Assembly: GCA_043228905.1 (NCBI GenBank)
Contig: JBHGNT010000005.1
Coordinates: 21,452,001 to 21,516,000, forward strand
From: Azolla caroliniana
Lineage: Eukaryota; Plantae; Polypodiophyta
Direction of reading: 5' to 3'
DNA: 64,000 nt
In this document: piece by piece, positions 34,917-48,300 of the stretch
Layout of the letters: every line of letters starts with the position of its first letter
Position numbering within the stretch: position 1 is the first letter of the stretch
Notes under the pieces: model-generated
Database searches by the model: none
Seen by the model: the letters and a program-made list of their open reading frames with translations, nothing else
What the model was told of the DNA's origin: nothing
Translations under genes and position numbers: made by a program

Positions 34917-34923
34917 AGGGGGG

Positions 34924-36000
34924 TGTAACATCACCGAAATTTTGCGATAAGGGTGGATCGCCGATCGGATTCAGACTCACGTATCAACGATCTTCGACTA
35001 AGGGGATAAATGAATAAGAGAGAGAACTTGGATCCGCTGAACCTCCGCCCAACCACCCTCTATCCAGCTTATATAGAAGATCCTCTTTATTCTCTCATAA
35101 GTTTCCCCATATAGGACATGAGTACCCTATATCCATCATAATAGTATTGAATACAACTCACTAGGGAGATTCCATTCCCCCACATAGGTACTTGACTACA
35201 TTTAGAGGTTATTGAATGCCTAGGGAGATTCCATTCCCACACATAGGTACTTGATTTGACTACATTAGGTTATTTGAATGCCTAGGGAGATTCTCTTCCC
35301 CCACATAGGTACTTCAGTACTTTATGGTATTGAATGCACTAGAGGTTATATTCCCCGTGTGAACCTTGGCAATGGTACACATACCACAAGCCCATGCCTC
35401 ACACCTTGAGTCATGGGTGTCTTCTCCATCCATCGAGAAGACTTAGAAGCTCACGACTCTTACCCCGAGTCATGGGCGGCTTCTCTATCCGTCTAGAAAG
35501 GTCCTCACCTCAATCCGTCGAGGTGGTGTGTGACAGTTCCAATCATGGAGCCCCTCAACACATCGGATGTGTTACAATTCCCCCCTTTGAAGAAGGCGTC
35601 CCCTCTTCATTTAAAAGGGTGATGGGAATTATATGCATTAACCACATCTTCAAATTGCCACAAGGTCGCGCCTTGTTGCCACAAATTCTCTTCTGTGGTT
35701 TTGCCTTTCCATTGGCAAAAGTAGAGCCTATTAGGCCCATTTTGGTTTGGTCAATCCTGATGATGAAGGATCGCCTCCAAGATGTAGTCGCTACCTTTGT
35801 CAATCACCAAAGCGGAACCCCTTCGAACCATCATCTCCTCATGGTTTTCATCCACGTAGCTCCTCTTGAGCAAGAAATGTGGAACACCGGATGCACACCC
35901 ATGTGTTCCGGTAACTTGACTTTGGAAGTCAAGGGAGATAGTTTCTGGATGATGGGAAAGGGACCATCGTACCTTCGAGCAAGCTTTGGAGTGATACCCT
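34924..36000 (-). mobile_element. Gypsy element 3' end: LTR 34924-35576, PPT, integrase C-terminus/chromodomain remnant
   Basis: TGTAACA...TGTTACA termini; ATTCCCCCCTTTG PPT (rc); KLARRYDGPF...VHPVFHIS. The LTR holds three ~60-bp tandem units (CTAGGGAGATTC...CACATAGGTACTT) at 35161-35340. Confidence 0.85.
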
Positions 36001-36191
36001 TGTCGAATACGAGTGTATAATGATCATATTCACACTGTCCCTTTGGACAGCCCAAGTTCGGGCTATTTTTGTAAATAACATAAAGGGCAGTTGCCCTAGG
36101 ATAATCACTATATAAAGTGACTTTGTAACCTTTAGTGAAGGCTGGTTGTTATTTGTAACTGTTGCTATTGAATATAACGATTAGTTTGTGC

Positions 36192-36223
<32 letters not shown>

Positions 36224-39200
36224 CTATCTTGCTCATGCATACACGGTTCTTCTTCATCACAAATGTTGCTTGCACTTCCACATTGACGGCCTTGTCCCCA
36301 ACATTTGGTATCAGAGCGTTGGAGGTTCTTCAACCCGCTACCGGCCGTCATCGCACAACACAACGTTCTGTTTTCGTTTTCTTTGAAGAATACAGAAGGG
36401 AGAAGAAAAGACAAGAGCTCGCATCTCACTGTGTTAAAATCACAAATTGGAGTAAGCCAGTCGGTTGTTCTCTGTTCCTGTGATTGTAACCGCTTGAGGG
36501 GAGCTCCTTGAGCAACAACCGACACAATCGTGCTTCATTCGGTTAAACAACATCCGAATAGGTCATCGAACGCTATTCACCCGCTTGATGTAACCACTCG
36601 CTGCAGATTGGTCTCCCGACAACAACCACTTCGTGCTTCACTTGGTTGATTGACATTTGGGAGGATCAGTTGGATCCGTCCCTCTCATCCCTACAGTCAT
36701 CTGAAGCAAAATCGGCCCAAACAATCGGTTTCGTGTAGTCGGTATTCGGCATACAATCGGAAGCTAATCGGGCTCACTCCGACTCGGCAACATTCGGGAA
36801 GAGCAGCTGGTTCTGTCCCTCAAGTTACCGGAGTCACTCCGAGCAAGTTCAGCAACAAGTATTCGAAACCAAACCGACTCGGGTTCAAAACCGATTAGAA
36901 TGATATCGGGTGAGCCGACCGGCTGCACCCCACTAAGGTTCGTAGTCAACGCCGAACCGAGTCTTACCAACCGAAACCGAAGCAGATGGCATCAACATCC
37001 GGCTCATCGGAGATGAGTCTAAGGAGGTTCGACGGTTCGAACTTCAACTTTTGGAAGGAACAAATGCAGGACTATCTCATAGTCAAGGGTCAGATAGACC
37101 CGATCGAGAACGAAAATCCTCCAGAAGCATACAAGGCAAACGAGTGGCTAAAGTTGGACAGAATCGTCCGAGCCACAATTCGGATGCATTTGTCGGAGTC
37201 ATTGTACTTCAGAGTGCAATCATGCACGACAACGTTTGAACTTTGGAAAACACTGTCGGAAACTTATGAAAAGAAGGTCGCCGCAACGAAGATGTACCTG
37301 ATCCGGCACCTCTACAACTTGCGGATGAAAGAATCCGATTCGGTTCAGGCACACCTCAACGAGTACGAAAGCATAAGCTCCCAAATTTCATCTCAAGGGA
37401 TGGCAATTGAGGATGAACTCAGAGCAATGATACTCATGAGTAGTCTCCCCTCTTCATGGGAAACTTTCGTTACAACCATGTGCAATGCTTCAACAACTGC
37501 CGTTAAATACTCCGAAGTCACGAGCGCAATCCTGACTGAAGCAACTCGGAGAAAGTCTTTCGCCAAAGACTCGGCAGATGAAGCTTACGTAGTAAAAGGT
37601 TCGACCGACCGATCGAACAATCGGGGAAGAAGTTCTTCCCGACCGCCGAACAATCAGCGAAGCCGGAGCAAGTCCCGGGACAACCGAATCTGCAACTATT
37701 GCAAGAAACCGGGACACATCAAAGTCGACTGCCGAGCACTCAAAGAAAAAACCGACATAGCTCAGAGAATGGATCAGAAGAGTAGCCGGCATGAGGAGGT
37801 CAACTACATCGGCTCTTCAGCCGAAATTTTGATGACCGACCCGAACATACTGTCCATAGAGAACCCAGTCGAATAAGAAGTTCTACTTACAACTGAGGAA
37901 TCGAGCACATGGCTCCTGGACTCGGGCGCATCGTATCATGTGACACCTCACCGATCTTAGTTTCGACAATACTCGGACCAACACTCTGACTTAGTTCGAG
38001 TCGGAAACTCGCAGCACTGTGCTATAATCGGAATCGGCATTGTAGAGCTCAATCTTTCAGGAGGCTCTACACTCGTACTACACAACGTCCGACATGTTCC
38101 TGAGCTTTCAAGACCCTTGATCTTAGTCGGACAACTTGACGAAGCCGGCATCCGTGCCGGATTCTCATCAGGAGGGTGGACACTCCACAAAGGGAACCTC
38201 TTGCTTGCTCGAGGACCAAAGGTACATTCCTTGTATCCTTTATATGTCACACTCAAAGAGGGTGACTTATTTTTGGTTGATATCCCCGTGTCATCGTTAT
38301 GGCACGGACGACTTGGACACCTCAACAAGGCCGACATAACGCACCTATCCAGAGCCGGTTACATCCCCAAACTCTCTTTCTCGGATCACCAATTCTGCGA
38401 GCATTGCCAATATGGAAAACAGGTAGCCACATCACACCTGACATCAGCACCAAGAGAATCGAGTCCCCTCGATTTGGTCCACTCGGACGTCTGTGGCCCG
38501 ATGCCACATCAGTCTCTCGACGGTGCTTCGTACTTCGTCAGTTTTATTGACGACTCGACTCGGAAGGTGTGGGCTTACCCCATCAGAACCAAAGATCGGG
38601 TGTTCTCGATCTTCTCCAAATGTCTTGCAATGGTCGAAAATCAGACCGGTCGGAAACTGAAATGTCTCCGAACCGACAATGGAGGAGAATTCAAGTCTGA
38701 AGAATTCGTCAAATTCTGCCGGGAACGCGGCATTCAACGTGAATATACGACACCCTACAGTCCGGAGTAGAACAGAATTGCTGAATGCATGAATCAGACG
38801 ATTTAGGAACGCGTAGTATCCATGCTCCAACACTCCGGCCTGTCGGATGGCTTCTGGGCGGAGGCTCTACTTACGGTAGTACACATAATAAATATGTCGC
38901 CAAGTAGACCTCTAGGACTTCAAATACCTCAGGAAATATGGAACGACAGTAAGACGAATTATGACAAATTGAGGATCTTTGGTTGCAAGGCATATGCTCT
39001 CATACCGAAAGACGACCGTCGGAAACTTGAACCAAGGTCAAGGAAATGTGTTTTTCTTGGATATGGACCCGACGACGAGATCGGATACCGACTCTTGGAC
39101 CCCGAGCACAGTCAAATCGTCTGAAGTTCGGACGTTGTGTTCAATGAGTCGGCTATGCATAAAATGGCCGAAAGGCCTATTGAAGTCTGAAGGGTAATAT

Positions 39201-41511
39201 TTTCCAAAGTGCCAACCCTTCATGACGGCCTAGCCCACAACACGAGATCGGTTTCATGGGTAACCGACAACTCTCGCACCGAATCCACCGATTCGGCACA
39301 GCCGAATGGCTCGGCTCCCGACCATCCGACATTGACACCCGATGCGATTAGTCCAGTCATACCTCGCAGATCCGAGAGACTGTTGCAACCTTCGGAGAGG
39401 TACTCTCCTGGAATTTTCTTTACCGACGCCGGCGAACCGACGTCTTACGAAGAAGCATCGACATCTGCCGATTCAGGCACATGGCATCTGGCGATGGAGT
39501 TGGAAATGCACTCCATTCGGGCAAACAAGACTTGGGACTTGGTCGAATTACCGAAGAATCGACGTGCTCTTCCGTGTAAGTGGGTCTATCGACTAAAAGA
39601 GACGTCTGACTCGACCACCCCAAAGTAAAAGGCCAGATTAGTTGCGAAGGGATTTCGACAAGAATATGGTGTCGACTTCGACGAAATCTTTTCACCAGTG
39701 ATGAAAATGACGACCCTTCGTTTCATGCTCGACGTCGTGGCCACCGACAACTTGGAGCTGATTCAATTAGATGTAAAAATGGCATTCCTCCACGGTGACC
39801 TATAGGAGGAAATCTAGATGGAGCAGCCAAAAGGCTTTGTGGCATCCGGCCAGGAACATCTAGTCTGCCGACTCAAGAAGAGTCTCTACGGCCTGAAATA
39901 GGCACCCCGACAGTGGTACAAGAAGTTCGACAACTTCATCCAATCGGTCGGCTTCTCAAAGAGAGATGAGGACCACTGTCTCTTCACCAAAACAGCTCAA
40001 GACGGGTCTCCCGTCTTCCTCATCATCTACGTGGACGACATGCTACTCTCCGGTCGGCATGCCGGAGAGCTCACCGAACTCATTCGGCAACTGCGGTTGA
40101 AGTTTGCCATGAAGGACCTCAGTCCGGCAAGACACATACTTGGTATGAAGATTAGTCGGTATCAAGATACATGACAACTTTTCTTGTCCCAAACCGACTA
40201 CATCGGACGTGTCTTAGAATGCTTCAACATGCAATCGACCAAGTCTGCTTCGACCCCGCTCCCCATTAACCTTCGACTATCTCAGCGAGATTGTCCGACA
40301 TCCGGTCCGGAGGGGGAAGATATGAAGTTGGTACCGTATGCATTGGCAGTCGGCTCCCTCATGTACGCGATAGTCGCGACACGGCCTGATATTTCTCACG
40401 CCGTAGGAGTCGTCAACATATTCATGCACAACCCCGGCCGATTGCACTGGAACACAGTCAAGCATGTGTTTAGATATCTAGCTGGCACAAAAGACCATGA
40501 CATCCTTTTTGGCCCGAACTCACCCTCAGGCATAGTCGGATACACCGACTCGGACTTCGCCGGCTGTGTGGACAATTAGAAATCAACAACCGGATACTGT
40601 TTCAAATTCGGCAATGGAGCAATCTCGTGGAAGTCAAAACTTCAGGAGTGCACAACCACCTCAATGACCGAAGCGGAATATGTAGTTGCGTCCGACATGG
40701 CAAAAGAAGCTTTATGGCTCAGTTGGCTGGTGCACACGTTTCGACAGGTCGACTCCGACTCAGCTCCAGTTGTCTACAACGCTAGTCAGGGTGCTGTTGC
40801 TTTGTAAAAAAATCCGGTTCACCACAACGCCTCTAAGCATATCGACGTTCGATATCACTTCGTTCGGGACTGCGTCATTTCAGGGAAAATCGGTCTCGAG
40901 AAGAAATCCACAATTGATAATGTCGCAGATGGAATGACCAAGTGTCTTTCGGCGGATCGTTTCCAGTCCCTTCGGCACCAGATGGGCGTAACAAAAAATC
41001 GGTCCGGTTAAAGTCGGACACACAACACAGGATGGTTTCGGACCACCGACATCAATTCTCTAAGGATCGGCTTTAGCTCTTCCGACCCGACTGATTCGGT
41101 CTTCTGTCTTCGTATCTTGCCGACTCTAACAAAACCGATCTGTCCGATAAACCTTGTATATATACCTGTAATTCTTTAAGATAATCCATGTATATGCCCA
41201 TTATGGGGGAGTGTCGAATACGAGTGTATAATGGCCGTATTCACACTGTCCCTTTGGACAGCCCAAGTTCGGGCTATTTCTGTAAATAGCATAAAGGGTA
41301 GTTGCCCTAGGATAGTCACTATATAAAGTGACTTTGTAACCTTTAGTGAAGGTTGGTTGTTATTTGTAACTGTTGCTATTGAATATAACGATTAGTTTGT
41401 GCCTCTCCCTCTCTCTCTCTCCCTCTGTGTCTATCTTGCTCATGCATACACAGGTTCTTCTTCATCACGAATGCTGCTTGCACTTCCACATTGACGGCCT
41501 TGTCTCCAACA
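36001..41511 (+). mobile_element. Full-length but inactivated Ty1/copia LTR retrotransposon
   Basis: LTRs 36001-36303 and 41212-41511; TSD ACCCT; PBS TGGTATCAGAGC at 36306-36317; PPT before 41212; gag (CNYCKKPGHIKVDC), PR (WLLDSGA), IN (HSDVCGP, RTDNGGEF), RT (YVDDML) and RNase H, broken by many stops. Confidence 0.97.
36986..41010 (+). pseudogene. copia gag-pol polyprotein with premature stops
   Basis: ORF fragments 36986-37876, 38117-38770, 38822-39124, 39209-39628 and 40184-40579 are all in one frame, separated by stop codons. Confidence 0.92.
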
Positions 41512-41564
41512 ACCCTTTGGATGCACACCCATGTGTTCCGGTAACTTGACTTTATAAGTCAAGG

Positions 41565-43728
41565 GACTCGAATCCATGACCTTATGTTATATGGGTCGAG
41601 CGCTTGACCATTACACTATCTATTGTAATACGTAAGATATTATTTTCATTTAAGTTTTACTATAGAAAATTAATGTATATTCCAGAAGCTTCAGGACTAC
41701 TCTTGAGAACACTATAAAAGGAGGCACAATGCATTATTTCGAACCAAATTGGTTCAATGCCAATCTTAAGCCTCATAGCTATCTTGTATTTACTCTTCAC
41801 ATAATATATCACCTGTTATCATCAGTCTCTCTCTCTCTCTCTCTTGCCCTCACTATCTCTCTCTCTCGCAATCCATTTGCCTTGATTTTATCACAGATCT
41901 TCCAGTCTCGAAGGGCTTCGATGCTATCTTAACCTTCATTAACCATCATAGCTATCTTGTATTTACTCTTCACATAATATATCACCTGTTATCATCAGTC
42001 TCTCTCTCTCTCTCTCTCTTGCCCTCACTATCTCTCTCTCTCGCAATCCATTTGCCTTGATTTTATCCCAGAGCTTCCAGTCTCGAAGGGCTTCGATGCT
42101 ATCTTAACCTTCATTAACCGTCATAGCTATCTTGTATTTACTCTTCACATAATATATCACCTGTTATCATCAGTCTCTCTCTCTCTCTCTCTCTTGCCCT
42201 CACTATCTCTCTCTCTCGCAATCCATTTGCCTTGATTTTATCCCAGAGCTTCCAGTCTCGAAGGGCTTCGATGCTATCTTAACCTTCATTGACCGATATA
42301 CTAAGATGGCACATTTTTGTGCCTTGTACTAAGGCCGTCACTGGTGAGGAAACTGCCGCCCTTGTCATGCGTGAGGTTTTTTGACATCATGGCCTCCCAG
42401 ACAGTATCATCAGTGATCGAGGACCTCAATTTGTCTCCAAATTTTGGAAGCATCTCTTCAAGATGCTCAAGGTCTCTTGCAACTTCTCCTCTGGCTATCA
42501 TATCCCCAAACTAATGGGCAAGCGGAACGAACAAACCAAACGCTGGAACAATATCTTCTGTGTTTTCTGAGTTATCAACAAGAAGATTAGGTTGATATTT
42601 TCCACTTTGCTGAGTTTGCTTATAATAACGCTATTCACTCCTCCATTCGAGTCTCCCCATTTTACGCTTATACCGGTTCTCATCCTCGCTAGTCTGTGAT
42701 CGTCACTCTGGAGCTACCTACCAATCCTCATGCCGAGGATCATTTGGAGAGGCTACGCAAGATTCAGACGGATCTATCTACTCATCTTCGTCATGCTCAA
42801 CACACAAAAGACTTATGCAGATCATCATCGGCTTCCCTCCTCTTTTGCCATCGGAGATCGAGTATGGCTCTTACGTCGTCACATCAAGACTACTCGACCA
42901 TGCGACAAATTGGATTATCAACGACTCGGTCCATTCCGTATTACCGACAAGATTAATGATGTCATGTTCCACCTTGATCTTCCTCCGCACCTTCAGATAC
43001 ATCCGGTCTTCCATAGTTCTCTTCTTGAACCTTATTAGGCCAACACTATTCCCGATCGTGTTACACCACCGCCACCCCCGCTTGAGTTGGACGCCGGCCC
43101 GGAGTATGAAGTTGATGCCGTCCTCGACTCCAAGTTTGTTCGCAACAAAATTTATTATTTGGTCGATTGGCTCGGCTATATCCCAAGTGAACGTACTTAG
43201 GAACCCATCGAGCACGTCGCCAATGCTCAAGATTTTCTTGCTGATTTTCCAGCGATAGTATCCGGACAAACCTGGTTCCCAATCAACGCCGACTCGTAAT
43301 AGTTGTCGTTTTAAAGGGAGATAGTGTCATGATATGGCAAGACTCGAACCCATGACCTTTTATTATATGGGTCGAGCTCTTCACCATTACACTATCTATT
43401 GTAATATGTAGGATATTATTTTCATTTAAGTTTTACTATAGGAAATTAATGTATATTCCAGATTTCTCTGGAACATCCTAGAAGCTTCAGGACTACTCAT
43501 GAGAACACTATAAAAGGAGGCACACGGCATTATTTCGAACCAAATTGGTTCAATGCCAGTCTTAAGCCTCATAGCTATCTTGTATTTACTCTTCACATAA
43601 TATATGACCTGTTATCATCTCTCTCTCTCTCTCTCTCTTTCGCCCTCGCTATCTCTCTCTCTCTCTCTCTCTCTCTCCTTTTCTCTCTTCCTCTCTCGTG
43701 AGGCTTACGCAGTCAGTCCGAGCTCACA
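41565..43728 (+). mobile_element. Deleted chromovirus-like gypsy: truncated 5' LTR fused to integrase, chromodomain, PPT, 3' LTR 43325-43728
   Basis: 41565-41860 matches 43341-43660; IN motifs DFITDLP, KMAHF, KLDYQRLGPF, IHPVFHSSLLEP; chromodomain EYEVDAVLDSK..YLVDWLG. Confidence 0.88.
41773..42295. repeat. Tandem triplication (~173-175 bp) of an LTR/integrase junction
   Basis: Units start at 41773, 41946 and 42121 (TCATAGCTATCTTG...). Confidence 0.95.
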
Positions 43729-45393
43729 TAATGGTGAAGATAATACTCCAAGATGATTAGTCCTCTCTGTTTGACCATCTATTTATGGGTGATAGGAACT
43801 ACTAAACTTGAGGTTAGTACCCATCAAAGCGAAAAGTGTGGACCAAAATTTATCGATGAAGCGAATATCATGATCACTAATTATCTCTCTTGGGAGCCTA
43901 TGGTATTTGAACACATTCGCAAAGAAACGTTTCACCACATACTCAGCATTCGCGGGGCTTTCGTAGGCCACAAAGTGAGAATACTTTGTAAGTCGATCCA
44001 CGACGACGAAGATACCCGTGTAGTTTTGGCTTTCCGGCAAGGTTATTATGAAGTCCATGCTAAGGGATTCCCATGGTTGATTCGGGATGCTTAACGGTTG
44101 TAGCAATCCTGTGGGCTTGCATCTTTCGGCTTTGTCTTGTTGGCACACTTGGCATCCTCTCACATAGGCTTGAACTTCTTTGTCCATGTGTGGCCAAAAG
44201 TACCTACGAGTCAACATTTCCATGGTTTTATCCCACCAGGGTGTCCGGCCCACAATTTGTCATGACACTCATACATTACTTCTTTCTTGACTACTTGAGG
44301 TACATAGAGTCTTTGCTGCTTGAAGTAGATCACCCCATCTTTGAGAGATAGGTGGGCCATCTTTTCACCGTTAGCAAATGAACGAAGGCACTTTTGTGCA
44401 TATTCATCACCATGATGCACACTCTTGAGGATTGGCAACATATTAGTATCCACCACCACATGCATGACCGCCAAATGGGCTCTTCGACGAAGAGCATCAT
44501 CTACCACATTTTGCTTTCTGGGCTTATACTTGAGTTCAAAATCATAACCGACAAGGAAGTCTTGCCACTGAGCTTGCTTTGCGGTGAGTTTTTGTTGTGA
44601 AGCAAAGTATGTTGATGTGATGTTATCTATGTGGATAGTGAAGTGCCTCCCCATCAAGTAATGTCTCCATGTACGAAGACAATGGATGATGGCCGCCATA
44701 TCCTTTTCATGGGTGGGGTATCGTGTCTCTCGATCCATGAGCTTCTTGCTCTTAAAGGCCATTGGCCTTTCTTCTTGCATGAGCACTCCACCCATGGCAT
44801 AATTGGATGCATTTGTATGAAGCTCAAAGTGCTTGTCAAAGTCGGGTAGTGCCAAACATGGCGCCGTGCACAATGCCTCTTTTAAGGCATCAAAAGCACA
44901 AGTGCACTTGTCACACCAAAACCACTTTTTCCCACTTTTAGTAAGGTTAGAGAGAGGAGTAGAGAGACGAGCAAAACCATCAATAAACACATGATAGAAG
45001 GAAAGCTAAACCAAGGAAAGAACGGACATCCGTTACCGAACGTGGTGTAGGCCATTCCTTGATTGCACAAAGCTTTTCCTCTTCGGGTTGTAGCTCACCA
45101 TGAGCTATTTTGAAGCTGAGGAAGTACACTACTTCCACACCAAAGTCGCACTTGGACTTCTTCACGTAGAGATGGTTCTCCTTTAATCTTTGGAGACCCA
45201 TCTCAACATCCTCCAGGTTTTGTTCCCAAGTAGGGCTAAAGACAAGCAAGTCGTCAAGGTAGACCACAATGCATTTGTTGAGCTCCGGCCCAAACACTTG
45301 ATTCATGAGTGTACTAGAGGTTGCCACTGCATTGGTTAAGCCCATTGACATTACGAGCCGCTCATATGATCCATAGCGTGTTCGCATGGCGGT
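43729..45393 (-). mobile_element. Gypsy pol remnant (RT-RNase H-integrase), probably the same element as 34924-36000
   Basis: RTRYGSYE, VVYLDDLLVFS, HTNASNYAMG, HPGG, PWESLSMDFI. Confidence 0.88.
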
Positions 45394-47820
45394 TGTCACA
45401 AATGGGTGGAACGAGGCTAAGTACTAAGAGAGAGCATGAGCGTAAGCAAGTCCACAAGATTGTCAAGGACAAGTAGACGAGGTTCAATATTAAGAGATAG
45501 CGGGAGAGAGAGCTTAGACAAGAGAACAAGCAAGAGAGAGAGAATAGACAAATAAACAAGAACTGTATATGCTTTCGTAACTAGTGTTGTTCACCTTTAT
45601 TGTAATGAAGGTGCACCCTAGTATTTATACAAGAATGTGGAGGTATGCATGAAACCTATAAGACTTCTAGAGAGTGCATGAATATGCATTCTCTAAAAGG
45701 CTCTTGAAAGTTCTAGTGATCAATCTATAATGAAATAAGTTGAATTTTATACAATACAATAATGCATAGATGGATGTAGCTCAATCGGTAAGGTTTCCCA
45801 ACAAGACCAGAAGGTCATGGGTTCAACCACCACCATTCCATGTGGCATCCTGTCTATGACATTATCCTCCCTCTAAGGCCGCCTCTTAGGACCCGCAACT
45901 GGTTTTTGTGGATAACGTTCATGAAATGCTCGAACTATGTCCGGGGCATGCTTGAGATGATGTGCTGGTTCCCATGATGCTTCGGAGATAGGGTACCCTT
46001 TCCAGAGGACAAGGTATTGAAGTTGGTGACGGAAGAGACGAGAGTCGAGAATTTGGTCAACCTCATATTCTTATCTGGTTGAGAGTTGGATTGGTGGTGG
46101 AGGAGATAGGTGTCTATCGGGGATTTCAGATTTATGGTGAGGTTCCAGAAGGGAGACATGGAATACATTATGAATACGGAAGTGAGATGGTAGCTCTAAG
46201 CGGATAGCCATGGAACCAATTTTCTCGATGATTCGGAAAGGGCCTAACTTCGTGTAATCAAGCTTCGGACAAGGACGAGTGGTGGCAATATTGCGACGAA
46301 GAAGCCAAACAAAGTCACCTACCTCGAACCGGGGAGCATCTAAGTGAAGACGGTCAGCTTGCTCCTTGTAGTGTTCGCCAGCGAGGGTGAGCTCCAAGGA
46401 AAGATTGGATTGTACATCCTCCAGGAGATGTGCCCTGTCCTCCACAGAAGGATTGACTGAGTCAGAGGGAAGCGAAATGTTGAAGCGGGGGTGGAGACCG
46501 TAGTTTGCGAAAAATGGAGTAACTCCCGTAGATGCATGCAGAGAGTTGTTGTAGGAGAACTCGGAAAGTGGGAGAAGGTCAACCCAATTGTCTTGTTAGT
46601 AATTAAGAGAGCACCGCAAGTATTGTTCTGCGATTTGGTTAACCCACTCCGTTTGTCCATCAGTTTGCGGATGATAGGCGGAAGATAGATTCACAATACA
46701 ACCGAACCGAAGGTTTGCAGAAGGCGCTGCCAGAAATTGGAAACAAATTGTGGTTCTCAATCAGAAGTGATATCGTTCGGGAGTCCATGTAGTCGAACCA
46801 CATTTTTGAAAAACAAATCGACTGTCTCCTCTCCGGTAATGGTTTTGGCACATGGAGCAAAATGAGCCATCTTGGTGAAGCGATCGACCATGACGAATAC
46901 TGGGTCATAACCACCAACAAAGGGAAGGTCAGTGATGAAATCCATGGAAAGAGAGGCCCAAGTCTATTTGGGGATTGGGAGAGGGTGAAGGAGACCATAT
47001 GGTTGATAATGAGATGCTTTAGAGCGAGCACAAACGTCGCATGACGTAACGAACTCTTTGACCAATTTCCATGGTTGTGCCCACTAGTATCCTCGAGATA
47101 GCAACTCCAAGGCTTTCACAACGTTAAAATGACCAACAAGTGGATCATCGTGACACTCGTGAAGCACCCTTGTCCGACAAGGACCTTCTGGGACATACAA
47201 AAGATTATCTCGAAACAAAAGATTATCCTGAATTGTAAAACGAGCTAAATCGAGTCTTTTGGGTTCATGGGAGGGGTTTGTGATACTTGCCTTGACCTTT
47301 GTGGAGAACTTGTCAGTCGTAGTGGCTTCTGCTATTTGCTTGAGCAAAGAGTCATCCTGAAGCAAGCAAGTCGCGAAGTTGTAGAATTGGTCAGGCTTAA
47401 CAATCTCTGGGACTGCTAAATAATTAGTCTCCATTCTTCAAAAGCAATAATAATAGTGAGAAGCTCCTTATCGTATATGGGGTAGTTGATTTCTGGGGCT
47501 GTGAATTTGCGGGAGTAGTAAGCCACCGGGTGAAGCACACCGACCTCATCTGGCTCGGAGAGGATCACCCAAATGGCGAAATTGGAAGCATCCGTTTCGA
47601 CTTGGAAGGGCTTAGTGGGGTCAGGATGTAAAAGGACTAGTGCCATAGTAAAGGCTTGTTTCAGCAAGTCAAATGCCTTTTGGGCAGCTATTGTCCATTC
47701 GAAAGTAGCATCCTTGTGGGTAAGAGCAATGAGAGGTTGTGCGATCACTAAGAATCCTTTGATGAAGCGATGATAAAAATTGGCAAAACCAAGCAATGAT
47801 TGCACATCTCGTACCCGAGT
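45394..47820 (-). mobile_element. Chromovirus-like gypsy 3' half with 3' LTR 45394-45861
   Basis: TGTCA...TGACA LTR; PPT TTATCCTCCCTCT (rc); RNase H ETDASNFAI; IN SMDFITDLP, KLDYTKLGPF, IHNVFHVSLLEP. Confidence 0.88.
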
Positions 47821-48231
47821 TTGTAATTACCATAAAGGGCAGTTGCAAAGGTGATCATCGGGCTCAACCGATTCAAGAACCAATTTCAACTTGGCCGACT
47901 CGATTAACAACTTTAGCTCATCCGACTCAGTAATTGGGAAACTCAACCGGCAACAACACATCATTATCTCTTTGTCGTATCTTTAGTTTGTTATTCATTT
48001 ATAGATTATTTTGTATGAGCTCATTACGGGGGAGTGTCAAATATAGGAATATAATGGATGTATTCACAGTACTCCATAAGACAAACTATAATAAGCTATA
48101 TTTATAATTACAATAAAGGATTGTTGCTTAGTCTGGTTAAGTATATAACCAATTTGTAACCTAGTTTGTATGATGATGTTGCCATTACCGTTGTAACTGG
48201 ATTTTAATAATACAAAATATTTTTTGTGTGC

Positions 48232-48276
<45 letters not shown>

Positions 48277-48300
48277 TGTCTCTTGTAGTTTGTCTTTGCT
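47821..48300 (+). mobile_element. copia-type 3' UTR, PPT and truncated LTR related to the 36001 family
   Basis: GGGGGAG followed by TGTCAAATATAGGAATATAATGGATGTATTCACAGT at 48035, similar to TGTCGAATACGAGTGTATAATG..TATTCACACT. Confidence 0.6.
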
